The notes below the pieces were generated by a model. The model saw nothing but the letters and a program-made list of their open reading frames with translations, searched no databases and was not told the DNA's origin. A DNA stretch of 64,000 nucleotides from Gemmatimonadales bacterium (GTDB lineage Bacteria; Gemmatimonadota; Gemmatimonadetes; Gemmatimonadales; GWC2-71-9): positions 1 to 64,000 of the forward strand of contig JBFJCP010000017.1 in the NCBI GenBank assembly GCA_041615815.1, in the 5' to 3' direction. Below are positions 47,809 to 58,128 of the stretch, one piece after another (the stretch's first letter is position 1; each line of letters starts with the position of its first letter). The position numbers and the translations under genes were made by a program.

Positions 47809-48858
47809 TTAGTCCCGGTGCGGGGTCTGCGACGCCAACGGTGCATGATCTCGCAGGGCGTTTGCTGCGCCAATGCGATCGAGCTGGCTTTCCTCGAGAC
47901 GACGCTGGCAGGCCTCGAGCACGCTGAGGACCCGCAGCGCTTCCTGGCCGTCTGTTCGAGGCGTTCTCCGCTGCGCCATACACTCCAAGAAGTGCGCGCA
48001 CTCGGCGCGAAGCGGCTCGTACGCCTCGTGTGTCACGGTCTCGCCCTCGGCTTTCCGCGCCACGGGGAGCCGATCCTTCCACTCGATCGAATGCGGATAC
48101 AAGATGAGCTTGTCGTCGGGCCTGGTATCGTCAAATACGGCCATCTTCTGGTCCCCCACGATGACCAGTTTTTGCTCCTTGAAAGGGTGAAGCCACGACA
48201 CGAACACGTGAGCCTTCACTCCGCTGGGGAACGAGAGGAGGCTCACGGTCACGTCCGCGATCCGATTGTGGAGGTAGAAGCCGCCCTGGGCCTCGATACG
48301 GTCCGGCATCTCGTCGAGCAGCCCGAGGATTACCGAAATATCGTGTGGCGCGAACGACCACAGGATGTTTTCCTCGCGTCGGATGCGGCCAAGGTTCAGA
48401 CGATTCGAGTAGATGTACTGGATTCGTCCGAGTTCTCCGACCGAGACCAGCTCTTTGAGCTTGAGCACGGCAGGGTGGTACCAAAGTAGGTGCCCCACCA
48501 TGAGGATACGCTCTTGCTCGGCGGCCAGCCGAACGAGCTCGCGTCCTTCGGCGACGGCCAAACACAGCGGTTTTTCTACGAAGACATCTTTCCCCGCCAG
48601 GAGGGCCTCACGGACGAGGCGACCGTGGGTCTCCGCCGGCGTCGCGATGGCCACGCCCGCAATCGCCGGATCGGCGAGAGTGTCGTGCCAGCGGTCACTC
48701 ACCGGCAGCGCGGGGTAGCGTTCCTGGAACTCGCGCTGCCGCTCTGGACTGGACTCGCTGATCGCCGCCAGCGCCCCCAGGTCGTGGAAATTCCGCGCCA
48801 GGTTCTTCCCCCAGTGTCCCGCGCCGACACAAGCGATACGCACAGCAGGGTTTGTCAC
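47809..48858 (-). CDS. Second Gfo/Idh/MocA oxidoreductase
   Basis: ACVGAGHWG, ATPAETH, FVEKPL and WSFAPHD. GTG start at 48858. Confidence 0.88.
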   Translation of the reverse strand: MTNPAVRIACVGAGHWGKNLARNFHDLGALAAISESSPERQREFQERYPALPVSDRWHDTLADPAIAGVAIATPAETHGRLVREALLAGKDVFVEKPLCLAVAEGRELVRLAAEQERILMVGHLLWYHPAVLKLKELVSVGELGRIQYIYSNRLNLGRIRREENILWSFAPHDISVILGLLDEMPDRIEAQGGFYLHNRIADVTVSLLSFPSGVKAHVFVSWLHPFKEQKLVIVGDQKMAVFDDTRPDDKLILYPHSIEWKDRLPVARKAEGETVTHEAYEPLRAECAHFLECMAQRRTPRTDGQEALRVLSVLEACQRRLEESQLDRIGAANALRDHAPLASQTPHRD

Positions 48859-48916
48859 GAACGACCGCCTCGAGAATCGGTTGTGAGTCTCAGTCCTGTC
48901 ACCACCCGGCCGCCAC

Positions 48917-51415
48917 CTAGCGCGTGGCCACCACGACAATGGTTGCTGCTGCGGCCAGGACCTGGGCGAGGGCTGCGAAGATCGGTGCGACATTCGCTCC
49001 CGCCCGTTCGGGTCGTTCCGGCACGAAGACCGTGCTCCCCGGGCCCGGCTCGGGAGACGCCGTGAAAAAGATAAACTTGCTTCGCGTCCGAGCCGACCCG
49101 TTCGCGTATCGCACGCTCACCAACCCCTTGTCTGCGTCGCGCGCGTACCCTCCGGCGTTGGCGATGTAATAGCCCAGTCCCCGCCCACGCTCCCACAACA
49201 CGGTCCCAGGGGAATTCACGGCGCCGATGACGCGGACGACCGGATTGTACTCGGGAATATCCAGGGAATCCCCTGGCTGAAGAATGACGTCTTGCCGCCC
49301 GGCGGATTCCTCGAGCGCCGCCGGCAGGTCGATGTTCACCCGTCCAGCCGCATCGAGCCGGCGCAAGAACCGCGCTCCTTCGGCGTACGCCGTGGGGAGA
49401 AGGCCACCGGCTCGGGATACCAGATCGCTCAATCGCTCGTCTTTGCGCGTCAGGGCGTACGATCCTGGAAAGTTCACTTCGCCGGTGATCGACACGGTAC
49501 GCTGGAGCTCGAACGACGGCTGTCGGAGGATGGTCACATTGTCGAAGGGCTCGAGGCCGACCTCGGGGGCACCGGTTGCGGGCGCCGATTGGCCGGGCAG
49601 GAAGCGATACGTCGACACGGTGGGTTCGAAGAGATACGTCGAATCCATCGGGACCCGTTTGGTGATCGCCAGCGTGCCGTCACTGCGGTCGCTCGGCAGT
49701 CGTGCGATTTCCGCCGTGTCCAAGTACGCGCCATCGCGGAGGCCTCGCGCCATCAAGACGAGGTCCTTGAGCGTCATCCCGGCGCGATACGGATAGACGC
49801 CGGGCTTGTTGACCATACCGGAGATGGTGACCGTCCGCGACTGACGGAACTCCTCCCGCCCATAGATGGTCACGATGTCGAAATCTCGTAACTCGGCGTC
49901 CTGGGGAAAACCGGCAGTCGAGTCGGGAGGGAGCGGAACCACCACGAGTAGGCGTGTGGAATCGGTGGGGTTGAGGCGTTCGATGTGTGCGCGGCCGGCG
50001 TAGATGGCCGGCCGGAATCCCCCTCCCAGACGGATGAGCTCGCTCAGTCGCATCCCGGGATGCCAGCCGAACGTGCCTGGTTGGTACACGGCGCCCCGGA
50101 GCTCCACGATGTCCTGCGCGCCCTCCGTGAGAGCGAAGACCGTGACGGAGTCTCCGGGCTCGATGGGGAACGGGGGTGCCCGTCCGTCACGGATCTGTTC
50201 GATGGGCACGTCCACGACAGTTCGCGGCGGCGCGCTGGGCACCCGCTGATCCGGCGGGACGATGCGAGAGATCGAAATCCGCTGGAGCGCGGCGTCGGCG
50301 CGAAATCCCCCCGCCGCTTCGATCAACTGGGTGAGCGTCTCACCGGCGCGGAGTTCATAGATTGCAGGTCGCACCACCGCACCCGCCACCTTGGCGCGAA
50401 CTCCCATGACGGGAACGAACACCACGTCGCGGGACTCGAGCCTGATGTCTCCCGCCGCCACGCCGTGCAGTAGGTACTGGTAGAGGTCGAACGTCGCGAC
50501 GGTATCCCGACCTCGGATGATCTGAATGTCCCGGAAGTTCCCCCGCTCGGTGGGCCCCTGCGCCTCGAACAGGGCGGTCACCACGCTGCTGACGGATGGA
50601 ATCCGATAGGCGCCGGGTCGCACCACCTCTCCGGTGACGTAGACCTGCACCATGCGCACCCGGGCAACGGTCAGGTCGAAGCGGGTGGTGGCGTTGGCAC
50701 CGCGCCGTACGCCCGAGTACACCCGGCCGAGCCGGTCGAACAGGACCTGGCGTAACTGTCCGACAGTCAGATTGCTGACGAAGATCTGTCCAACCTGGGG
50801 GATGACGATGAAGCCTTCCCGAGTTACCTCGAGCTCACGGGCCAACTCGACGTCACCCGTCAGAATGAGGATCAGGATATCTCCCGGTCCCAATCGGTAA
50901 TCATCGTCTACCGGGCCGGTCATATCCGGGAGGAATCGGCTGGTACCCCGGCGAAAGACTTCGGCGCCGAAGAGATCGAGCGCCGCGGTATCGGCGAGCC
51001 GAAGCGAATCGAGCCGGATGAGGGAATCGAGCAGCAGGAGCGAGTCCAGCGCCGTACTATCGAGCGCAGCTCTCCGGATCGAGTCGGCATAAGCCTGCAG
51101 TTCGTCGACGCCGCCGAGCCCCAGCACACTCATCGCGCGAACCACCGAGTCCCCCGGCGCCGCGGCAGCACCGCGGCGTCCGCGCAGATAGGAATCCAGG
51201 AGGGCGGGGGAGAGCCCGGCCTGCTGGAGCCGCGCGCGGATCTGCTCCGGCGTGAGCCCCGACTGGAGAATGCGCTGCCTGATGGCCTCCGCCGCCTGCG
51301 GGTCGCTGAGGAGGCGCTGAATCTCGACGGGGGTGGGCTGCTGGGCGTGGGCCCCGCGGAGACCCACGATTGCGAGGGCGCAGACAAGCAGGAGGCAGTG
51401 AATTCTCATGGGCAA
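48917..51415 (-). CDS. Large multi-SLBB polysaccharide export protein (KpsD/Wza-like)
   Basis: Signal peptide, DYRLGPGD and six SLBB starts (GEVVRPG, GAVVRPA, GAVYQPG, GMVNKPG, GEVNFPG, GAVNSPG). Confidence 0.88.
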   Translation of the reverse strand: MPMRIHCLLLVCALAIVGLRGAHAQQPTPVEIQRLLSDPQAAEAIRQRILQSGLTPEQIRARLQQAGLSPALLDSYLRGRRGAAAAPGDSVVRAMSVLGLGGVDELQAYADSIRRAALDSTALDSLLLLDSLIRLDSLRLADTAALDLFGAEVFRRGTSRFLPDMTGPVDDDYRLGPGDILILILTGDVELARELEVTREGFIVIPQVGQIFVSNLTVGQLRQVLFDRLGRVYSGVRRGANATTRFDLTVARVRMVQVYVTGEVVRPGAYRIPSVSSVVTALFEAQGPTERGNFRDIQIIRGRDTVATFDLYQYLLHGVAAGDIRLESRDVVFVPVMGVRAKVAGAVVRPAIYELRAGETLTQLIEAAGGFRADAALQRISISRIVPPDQRVPSAPPRTVVDVPIEQIRDGRAPPFPIEPGDSVTVFALTEGAQDIVELRGAVYQPGTFGWHPGMRLSELIRLGGGFRPAIYAGRAHIERLNPTDSTRLLVVVPLPPDSTAGFPQDAELRDFDIVTIYGREEFRQSRTVTISGMVNKPGVYPYRAGMTLKDLVLMARGLRDGAYLDTAEIARLPSDRSDGTLAITKRVPMDSTYLFEPTVSTYRFLPGQSAPATGAPEVGLEPFDNVTILRQPSFELQRTVSITGEVNFPGSYALTRKDERLSDLVSRAGGLLPTAYAEGARFLRRLDAAGRVNIDLPAALEESAGRQDVILQPGDSLDIPEYNPVVRVIGAVNSPGTVLWERGRGLGYYIANAGGYARDADKGLVSVRYANGSARTRSKFIFFTASPEPGPGSTVFVPERPERAGANVAPIFAALAQVLAAAATIVVVATR

Positions 51416-51475
51416 GCGTCTAGGGATCGCTCGAGATTAATGGAATCCGCGGAAAAGCGGCTGAAAGATGCCGGC

Positions 51476-51570
51476 TAACTCGCTGTAGGTCAAGGGGATA
51501 AACCATATCACACGAATATAGCACGTTTGCGACGGTCCCAATGTAAAGTACTTTGGAGTGCAAAGTAAAG
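51476..51570. promoter_or_regulatory. Two IHF-like quasi-palindromes in an AT-rich intergenic region
   Basis: TAACTCGCTGTAGGTCAAGGGGATA (51476-51500) and TACTTTG-gagtg-CAAAGTA (51549-51567). Confidence 0.45.
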
Positions 51571-51571
51571 C

Positions 51572-52903
51572 CTACGGGTGGCCGGCGGTGGGGACGGCGT
51601 GCGGTCCGCCTGTGTGTGACGGGGTTTCTCGGCCGCTCACCAACAGCAGGGCGACGAGGTAGAGCGCCTCGGATACCACATATCCTGCGGGAAGAGCGAC
51701 GACACCCAATGAGCTCAAGAGCAGCGTGATCGCGGTAAGGCGCACGCCCGCCCTGAGCGCCGACAGGCCGGCGAACAGCCGGTTCTGCGCCCTGGCGAGG
51801 AGGAGCCGCTCAACACACAGGGCGCTCATGTTGAAGAAATAGCCGACGGCGTACCACCGCAGAACCAAGCTGACGACGAGCGCATCGGATGGGGCAAACG
51901 CACCGTGTTCGAGTACCACCGAGACGATCATCGGCGCGCCCAACGCCAAGAGACCGGCGAGCCCGAGCGCCGCCGCGCTCGCGGTGAGGAGGGGTCGATA
52001 CACGCTCGCCCAGTCGGACCGAAGTTCGGCACGGACGCGGATGTTCGACCACCGGGCCAACAACCACGGGCCCACCCCGCCGTCGAACAGAACAGCCGCC
52101 ACCATGATAAGGCGAGTGGCGTACTCGACATGGGAGATCGCGGCGACGGCCACGGTGCCTGCGAGAAAACGCTCGAGGAACTGCGCCCCCGAAAGCATGC
52201 CCTGTGCGGTCATCTGATGGCGCGCGGCCCGCACGAAGCCGTGGCCGGGATCGCCCTCCGTACCCTCGTCCAGCCCGGCAATGGCCCCCTCCCAGCGCCG
52301 GTGCAGCCACCAGACCCTCGCGCACTCGCCGACGCTCGCGCCAAGGGCGACGGGCCAGAGCTGATGGATCACCGCGCCGGCACCCGCACCCACGAGCGCG
52401 CCGATGCCGCGGAATCCGTACCCCGCCGCCCCCACTTCCAAGTGCCAGCCGGAGACGAGCGCTCCGGTGTAGAGTCCGGACACGCACCACGCGACGGCGG
52501 CGGGGGCGAGGAGGGCGTAGAACCCCAACACGTGCAGCGGCCGGACGCCTTCCGGCTGACCGATGACGAGACCCACCGCGAGCAATGCCGCGCCGAGCAG
52601 GGCGGATGCGAGTCCGAGCAGCACACCGCGTCGAAACAACGCCTGCATGAACGTCGTGGCCGACCGTCGGCCGAGGACCAGAGCCTGGGCGGCAAACGGG
52701 ACTACCGCCGCCTCCAGCGGTTGGCCCACCGTCCCACCGATGAGCAGCACACCACCGTAGGCCAAGAAGTACGCGTCGGTGAGCGGGCCCGCGCCAAAGA
52801 AGGCCGCGATGATGATCGGGATGAGGAATCCCGGCCCTTTGGCGATTCCGCTGAGTGCCGCCAGGCGAACGATGCGAACGACGCTCCGGGGCTCCCCGCC
52901 CAT
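51572..52903 (-). CDS. MOP-superfamily flippase (MurJ/Wzx-like)
   Basis: About 12-14 TMs, AAFFGAGPLTDAYFLA and EHGAF...DA. Confidence 0.78.
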   Translation of the reverse strand: MGGEPRSVVRIVRLAALSGIAKGPGFLIPIIIAAFFGAGPLTDAYFLAYGGVLLIGGTVGQPLEAAVVPFAAQALVLGRRSATTFMQALFRRGVLLGLASALLGAALLAVGLVIGQPEGVRPLHVLGFYALLAPAAVAWCVSGLYTGALVSGWHLEVGAAGYGFRGIGALVGAGAGAVIHQLWPVALGASVGECARVWWLHRRWEGAIAGLDEGTEGDPGHGFVRAARHQMTAQGMLSGAQFLERFLAGTVAVAAISHVEYATRLIMVAAVLFDGGVGPWLLARWSNIRVRAELRSDWASVYRPLLTASAAALGLAGLLALGAPMIVSVVLEHGAFAPSDALVVSLVLRWYAVGYFFNMSALCVERLLLARAQNRLFAGLSALRAGVRLTAITLLLSSLGVVALPAGYVVSEALYLVALLLVSGRETPSHTGGPHAVPTAGHP

Positions 52904-52919
52904 CAGCGGCTGGAGCAGC

Positions 52920-53942
52920 TCAACGTCGCTGTCCCCCCGCCCGTGAGCCGAGCACATCGCGGAAGATCTCGAGCATCTGTTCGGCGATGGCTTGGCTCGA
53001 GAAGCCCCGCACGAACGGTGCGGGATCAACCCGTGGGCGCTCGGTCAGCACCCGTCGAATCTCCGTAGCGAGAGCTGGCGCCGTGCGGTCGCAGATGGCG
53101 CTGACCGCGGACAGCGGAATCCACCGCTGGACGTCACCGACGTCCGTGGTGACCACGGGGAGGCCGGACAGCAGCGCTTCCTTGACCACGTTGGGTGAGC
53201 CTTCCCAGTCCGAGGTCAGCAGACAGCAATCCGCGGCGCGGTAGTAGAGCGGCATGTCTTTGTGTGGGACACGCGTGACGACGCGCAGAGCGGCGTCGGG
53301 GAGGTCGTGCCGCACGAGCTCCATCGCGGCCTCGGCGAGATCGAGCCGTTTGCGCCGTTCGGTTGGGGTGTTGGGGAAGATGACGAGACGCTCGTCCAGA
53401 GGCAGGCCGAGCCGCCGACGGGCGTCGGCCCGATCGCCGGGGTGGAAACGCTTGGGGTCCACCCCGTACGGGATGACGCGCGTGCGGGAACGGAGCGAGG
53501 CGCCCCAGAGCTTGCGACGCATCTCCTCGCTCTGGACGCACACGACCGAGGCTCGATGGGCCGCCCACTGCGACAGCCCGATTCCGGCTCGGCTCTTCAG
53601 CGTGAGCCCGCCACGGCCATCGGGCGTTCCCAGGACGTCGTCTCCCGCCAGCGACAGGACGAGTGGCTTGGGCTGCCAGAGGGCGACCCACCCCGTCAGC
53701 CCATAGAATGCGTAGACTAGATCGGCGCGAAACTCCGCGACCAACCGCCGCAACGGCGCCACCGCGCGAGCATAGTTGAGGCCCTGACGGCGGCCCCGGA
53801 TCGGAAAGACCTCGACAGGGGTATGCAGTTCTCGGAGCGCGTCGACCTGGGCTTTGACAAATGCCCCTTGCATTGGATCGGCGTCGCTCGGATACATGTT
53901 GGTGGCCACGACTACGCGGGGGAGGGAAGGTTGGTCGGTCAT
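52920..53942 (-). CDS. Glycosyltransferase family 4 (start 53942 or 53984)
   Basis: TNMYP and LLTSDWEGSPNVVKEAL. Confidence 0.88.
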   Translation of the reverse strand: MTDQPSLPRVVVATNMYPSDADPMQGAFVKAQVDALRELHTPVEVFPIRGRRQGLNYARAVAPLRRLVAEFRADLVYAFYGLTGWVALWQPKPLVLSLAGDDVLGTPDGRGGLTLKSRAGIGLSQWAAHRASVVCVQSEEMRRKLWGASLRSRTRVIPYGVDPKRFHPGDRADARRRLGLPLDERLVIFPNTPTERRKRLDLAEAAMELVRHDLPDAALRVVTRVPHKDMPLYYRAADCCLLTSDWEGSPNVVKEALLSGLPVVTTDVGDVQRWIPLSAVSAICDRTAPALATEIRRVLTERPRVDPAPFVRGFSSQAIAEQMLEIFRDVLGSRAGGQRR

Positions 53943-54080
53943 GGTCTCGGCATGGTTCCGTCGTGTCCCATTCACAGTTCGCATGGTCTCGCGCTGGTGG
54001 CGCCGTCGTGCCGTGCACCCTCCGACCCTTGGTGCGCGCTCACGGTGGACGGTAGAAGAAGCTAGTCACCCGAGGAGATA

Positions 54081-54713
54081 GTGGCGACCGTCCGCGATGT
54101 GCACCCGTGGGAGTGCTGGGTCAAGCGCGCACTGGATCTCGGCGGTGCCACGCTCGCACTGGTGTTGTTCGCCCCAGTGATGGCCGTGCTGTGGGTCGCG
54201 ATCAAGCTCGATTCCGCCGGCCCAGCGCTCTTCACCCAAAAGCGGCTTGGCCTGGGTGGCAGGCCATTCCCGTGTCTCAAGTTCCGCACCATGCGGGTGG
54301 ATGCCGAGGCGGTCTTGAACGCCAACGCGGCGCTGCACCGCGAGTACCGAGATCGGGACTACAAGCTGCCGGTGCGCACGGATCCCCGTGTGACGCGTGT
54401 TGGTCGGTTTCTCCGACGAACGAGCCTCGATGAGCTGCCACAGCTCGTCAACGTGGTCCTAGGACAGATGTCGCTGGTTGGGCCCCGGCCGGTCGTGCCG
54501 CCGGAGATCGAGCATTTTGGTGATGACGCTGCGGAGCTGCTGTCGGTGCGTCCTGGCATCACGGGCGCGTGGGTGGTGAAGGGAAGAAATCGCGTGGAGT
54601 ATCCAGAACGCGCCAACCTCGAGCTGACCTACGTGCGCACTTGGTCGCTCGCCGGCGACTTCGTGATCCTGTATCGCACGGTGAAGGCCGTGATCGATGG
54701 GGAGGGCCTCTAG
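54081..54713 (+). CDS. Third sugar transferase (priming, short form)
   Basis: [31 protein letters not shown] and PGITGAW. Confidence 0.92.
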   Translation: MATVRDVHPWECWVKRALDLGGATLALVLFAPVMAVLWVAIKLDSAGPALFTQKRLGLGGRPFPCLKFRTMRVDAEAVLNANAALHREYRDRDYKLPVRTDPRVTRVGRFLRRTSLDELPQLVNVVLGQMSLVGPRPVVPPEIEHFGDDAAELLSVRPGITGAWVVKGRNRVEYPERANLELTYVRTWSLAGDFVILYRTVKAVIDGEGL

Positions 54714-55987
54714 CGGCTCCTCGCGGGTGGATCGCCACCGCGCGCGCGAAGCCCAATGTGACCCTGCAACATCTGGGAACCGAATTGTCGCCACAGCCTG
54801 ATCCGATCCGTCCACCGTAAGCGAGAATCGGACGGCCACACGAACTCGCTGACGGTGCCGGCGAGTTCGAGCGGCGATGCCGCCCACATCAGTTTCTCCT
54901 CGAGCGATCGGTGCGGGAGCCGCAGTGTTCCTTCGGCGATGATCGTCTGGACCACCCGCCGCAACCGGGGCGAGGCGGCGCTCACAACGGTCCGGCGGAC
55001 CATGGGGTCCACCGTTCCCGGTGCCAGGTGTTCGACGAGCTCGAACGCTGGATAGCAGAACCGCGAGAGGGCGGACTGTCGCAGCAGGGTATCGAGCGCA
55101 TCCCAACGCAGCGCACCTGTGGCCGCGTCCGTCCGAATGACCAGCACGAGCTCGACGAGCCGAACGAGCCTCAGCTGATGAATGGCGTACGAGGCGTGAA
55201 GCGCCAGGAACGCGGTCAACAGCGGCTGTCCCAACCCCGCCGCCGCGCGAGCGCCAAGCGCGAACGGGACGGCCTGGCGCGGCCGGTTCGTCGTGAGGAC
55301 CGCTGCCACGCCACGAGCGTAGCGGCGTCCCAGCATGACGTGGAGGTCCACGCTCCACGGATTGGCCCAGTGGTCCACGTCCAACGAGGGGATTGGGGCG
55401 ACATCCCGCTGGTCCTCCCATACCGAGCGAAACGGGCGCCGGCTTGTTTCGACTTCGTCAAATCCGCAGGCGCGGAGCCCACCAGCGGCCTCGGCGACGT
55501 GGTGTGGATCTACCAAGAGATCGACATCGCTCAACGGGCGAGCGCCCGGTTCCGGGAAGTATCGAGGGCCCGTATGCATGCCCTTGAGCACGGTGACGGA
55601 TACCTGACGTCGGTCGAGCTCATCCAAGAGGCCGCCAACTCTCTGCGCGAGCCGGTGGTACCGGCGACGTCCGTGCCGGAGATGTTCGGCAAGCTCAGCT
55701 TGCAGCGCCGGCGCGGTGCTGACGCTACCCCGCTCGATCCAGTAGCCCAAGAGTCCGCCCATCCCCGCGACATATGCGGCAGGACCAACGCCGACCTGAA
55801 GGGAGGGTGGGACGACCATGAGGGCGGTCATTTCCGGGCGCGTCAGCACGCTTCTGACGGTTTCGACGATCGCGAGCATGGCGCCGTCGAAGGTCTCGCG
55901 TCCAACCTCGGGCCACAGGACCCGGGGGTCGAGGGAGGCCTGCCACGCTTCGCGCCGAGCGTCCACCGCCGCGCGGCTGTTTGGCAT
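54710..55987 (-). CDS. Uncharacterised nucleotidyltransferase family protein (NTP_transf_5-like)
   Basis: VLKG...YFPEPGARPLSDVDLLV and VDLH. Confidence 0.75.
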   Translation of the reverse strand: MPNSRAAVDARREAWQASLDPRVLWPEVGRETFDGAMLAIVETVRSVLTRPEMTALMVVPPSLQVGVGPAAYVAGMGGLLGYWIERGSVSTAPALQAELAEHLRHGRRRYHRLAQRVGGLLDELDRRQVSVTVLKGMHTGPRYFPEPGARPLSDVDLLVDPHHVAEAAGGLRACGFDEVETSRRPFRSVWEDQRDVAPIPSLDVDHWANPWSVDLHVMLGRRYARGVAAVLTTNRPRQAVPFALGARAAAGLGQPLLTAFLALHASYAIHQLRLVRLVELVLVIRTDAATGALRWDALDTLLRQSALSRFCYPAFELVEHLAPGTVDPMVRRTVVSAASPRLRRVVQTIIAEGTLRLPHRSLEEKLMWAASPLELAGTVSEFVWPSDSRLRWTDRIRLWRQFGSQMLQGHIGLRARGGDPPARSR

Positions 55988-56064
55988 ATGGGACTCACGT
56001 TCTCCTATAGGTGAGCATAAGCTATATGCGTTGACGAAGCGGATCGAACTTCACTCCCCAGCCG

Positions 56065-57219
56065 ATGGCGGTGGACGCGTTGTTTCCAGGTTTGCGCGTC
56101 GCTCTGGTGCATGATTGGCTCACGGGGATGCGCGGGGGCGAGCGGTGTCTCGAGGCGCTGCTTCCGCTCTTCCCCGGCGCCGAGATCTTCACGCTGCTCC
56201 ACATTCCGGGCCGCGTGTCCCCCGCCATCGAGGCTCGTCCGATCCATACCTCGTACCTGAACGGCCCTCGCTGGATCCACCGCCGGTACCGGTATCTCCT
56301 GCCTCTGTTTCCCGGTGCGATCGAACGGCTCGATCTCACAGATTACGATTTCGTGCTGTCGGTGAGTCATTGTGTGGCCAAGGGGGCCATCCCGCGTGAT
56401 GGGGCTCCCCATCTGTGTTACTGCTTGACGCCCATGCGATATGTGTGGGACCTCTATCAAACCTATTTTGGGACCGCGCGAGCCAATCTCGTGATGCGGG
56501 CGGTCATGCCCGGTGTGGCGCGGCGGCTCCGGCGCTGGGACGTTCGATCGGCCCAACGGGTGGATGCCTTCCTCGCCTGTTCCAACCACGTACGGCGTCG
56601 GATCGAGCGACACTATGGCCGGATCGCGACTGTAGCGTACCCTCCGGTGGATGTGACGCGGTTCTCGCTCGGCCGCGAGCGCGATGACTTCTATCTGATC
56701 GTGTCCGCCCTCGAACCCTACAAGCGGGTCGATCTCGCCGTTGCGGCCTTCAATGAGCTGCCCAGACGACTGATCGTGGTGGGAGACGGCAGCGAATACG
56801 GGCGACTGCGGCAGCTTGCTGGCGGTACCGTCGAGTTCACCGGGCGGTTGCCCGATTCGGACATCGCGACCTTGTTGGCCCGGTGCCGCGCCTTCGTGTT
56901 TCCTGGTGAGGAGGACTTCGGGATGACTGCGGTCGAAGCGCAAGCCGCGGGCGCACCGGTGATCGCCTACGGGTGCGGTGGGGTGACCGAGAGCGTGATC
57001 GGCGTCGGGGCGGATGGCAACGAGCGCGGCGAGGCGACCGGGCTCTTCTTTACCACGCAAACGGTGCAGGCGCTCGCAGACGCGGTGCGGCAGTTCGAGC
57101 GACTCACCTTCACGCCGCAAGCGGGACGACGGAGCGCCTTGCGGTTCTCGCCGGAGGCATTCCTGGTTGAGATGGAGCATCGCGTCAGCCGATTGCTCGG
57201 AGTACCGCGTGCCGAATAG
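56065..57219 (+). CDS. Glycosyltransferase family 4 (WbaZ/RfbU-like)
   Basis: VHDWLTGMRGGE, YCLTPMRYVWD, YKRVDLA and EEDFGMTAVEAQA. Confidence 0.9.
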   Translation: MAVDALFPGLRVALVHDWLTGMRGGERCLEALLPLFPGAEIFTLLHIPGRVSPAIEARPIHTSYLNGPRWIHRRYRYLLPLFPGAIERLDLTDYDFVLSVSHCVAKGAIPRDGAPHLCYCLTPMRYVWDLYQTYFGTARANLVMRAVMPGVARRLRRWDVRSAQRVDAFLACSNHVRRRIERHYGRIATVAYPPVDVTRFSLGRERDDFYLIVSALEPYKRVDLAVAAFNELPRRLIVVGDGSEYGRLRQLAGGTVEFTGRLPDSDIATLLARCRAFVFPGEEDFGMTAVEAQAAGAPVIAYGCGGVTESVIGVGADGNERGEATGLFFTTQTVQALADAVRQFERLTFTPQAGRRSALRFSPEAFLVEMEHRVSRLLGVPRAE

Positions 57220-58126
57220 ACCCACGGTCTCCGTCATCATTCCCACACACAACCGGGTGGGCCTCCTCATGCAGGCAGTGGCATCCGTCCGCGCGCAGAC
57301 ATGGTCGGACTGGGAGCTCATCATCGTGGACGACGGCTCCACGGACGGCACCGCCTCGTCGCTGGCACAACGTCCGGACCCGCGGATACAGGTCCATTCG
57401 CTCACGCACTCGGGGAATCCGGCTCGCGCACGGAACGCCGGTACCCGACGAGCGTGCGGGGCATACGTCGCGTTCTTGGATTCGGACGACGTGTGGGAAT
57501 CCCGCAAGCTCGAAACGCAGCTTAGGGCGCTTCACGAGGACGGTGATGCTCGGTGGTGCTACACCGCGTACCGGCTGATCGACCAGCATGGACGCGCGGT
57601 TCCGCCTCGGCCGCCACGTTCCTGGGTCTCCCGGTCGGGGTGGATCCTTCCAGACGTGATTTGCGAACGCCTTTCGGTTGCCATTCAGACGGTCCTGCTT
57701 GAACGATCGTTGTTCGATGAGGTCGGAGGCTTCGATGAAGCGCTGCTCCACCGGGAAGACTACGACCTGATTCTCCGCGTGGCCGCGCGAGCGCCGACGG
57801 TGGCGGTGGAGGAAGCCCTGTGCCGTATTCGGGAGCACCCCGGGCGCATGACACGGACTCGAGACGACCGCGAGGAGTGGGCGGCTCGCATCTATCGAAA
57901 GCACATGTGGGCAACTACGCACGGGCCCACGCGACGTCTGGCGCGTCGCCAGCACATTGCCAAGTTGGCTACGGCCGCGGGTGCGGCGGCGAGAATCAGA
58001 GGCCTCCGGGCGGGGGCGAGCCTGCTACGACAGGCGGTTCCATGGGGCATCGTCTCGTGGCGGTGGTGGGTGGGACTGGGCCGAGTGGGGATACACGGCA
58101 TCCGACGACTCCTGGTTGGCGGGTAG
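57209..58126 (+). CDS. Glycosyltransferase family 2
   Basis: VSVIIPTHNR, VDDGSTD, FLDSDD and EDYDL. GTG start. Confidence 0.9.
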   Translation: MPNRPTVSVIIPTHNRVGLLMQAVASVRAQTWSDWELIIVDDGSTDGTASSLAQRPDPRIQVHSLTHSGNPARARNAGTRRACGAYVAFLDSDDVWESRKLETQLRALHEDGDARWCYTAYRLIDQHGRAVPPRPPRSWVSRSGWILPDVICERLSVAIQTVLLERSLFDEVGGFDEALLHREDYDLILRVAARAPTVAVEEALCRIREHPGRMTRTRDDREEWAARIYRKHMWATTHGPTRRLARRQHIAKLATAAGAAARIRGLRAGASLLRQAVPWGIVSWRWWVGLGRVGIHGIRRLLVGG

Positions 58127-58128
58127 CC

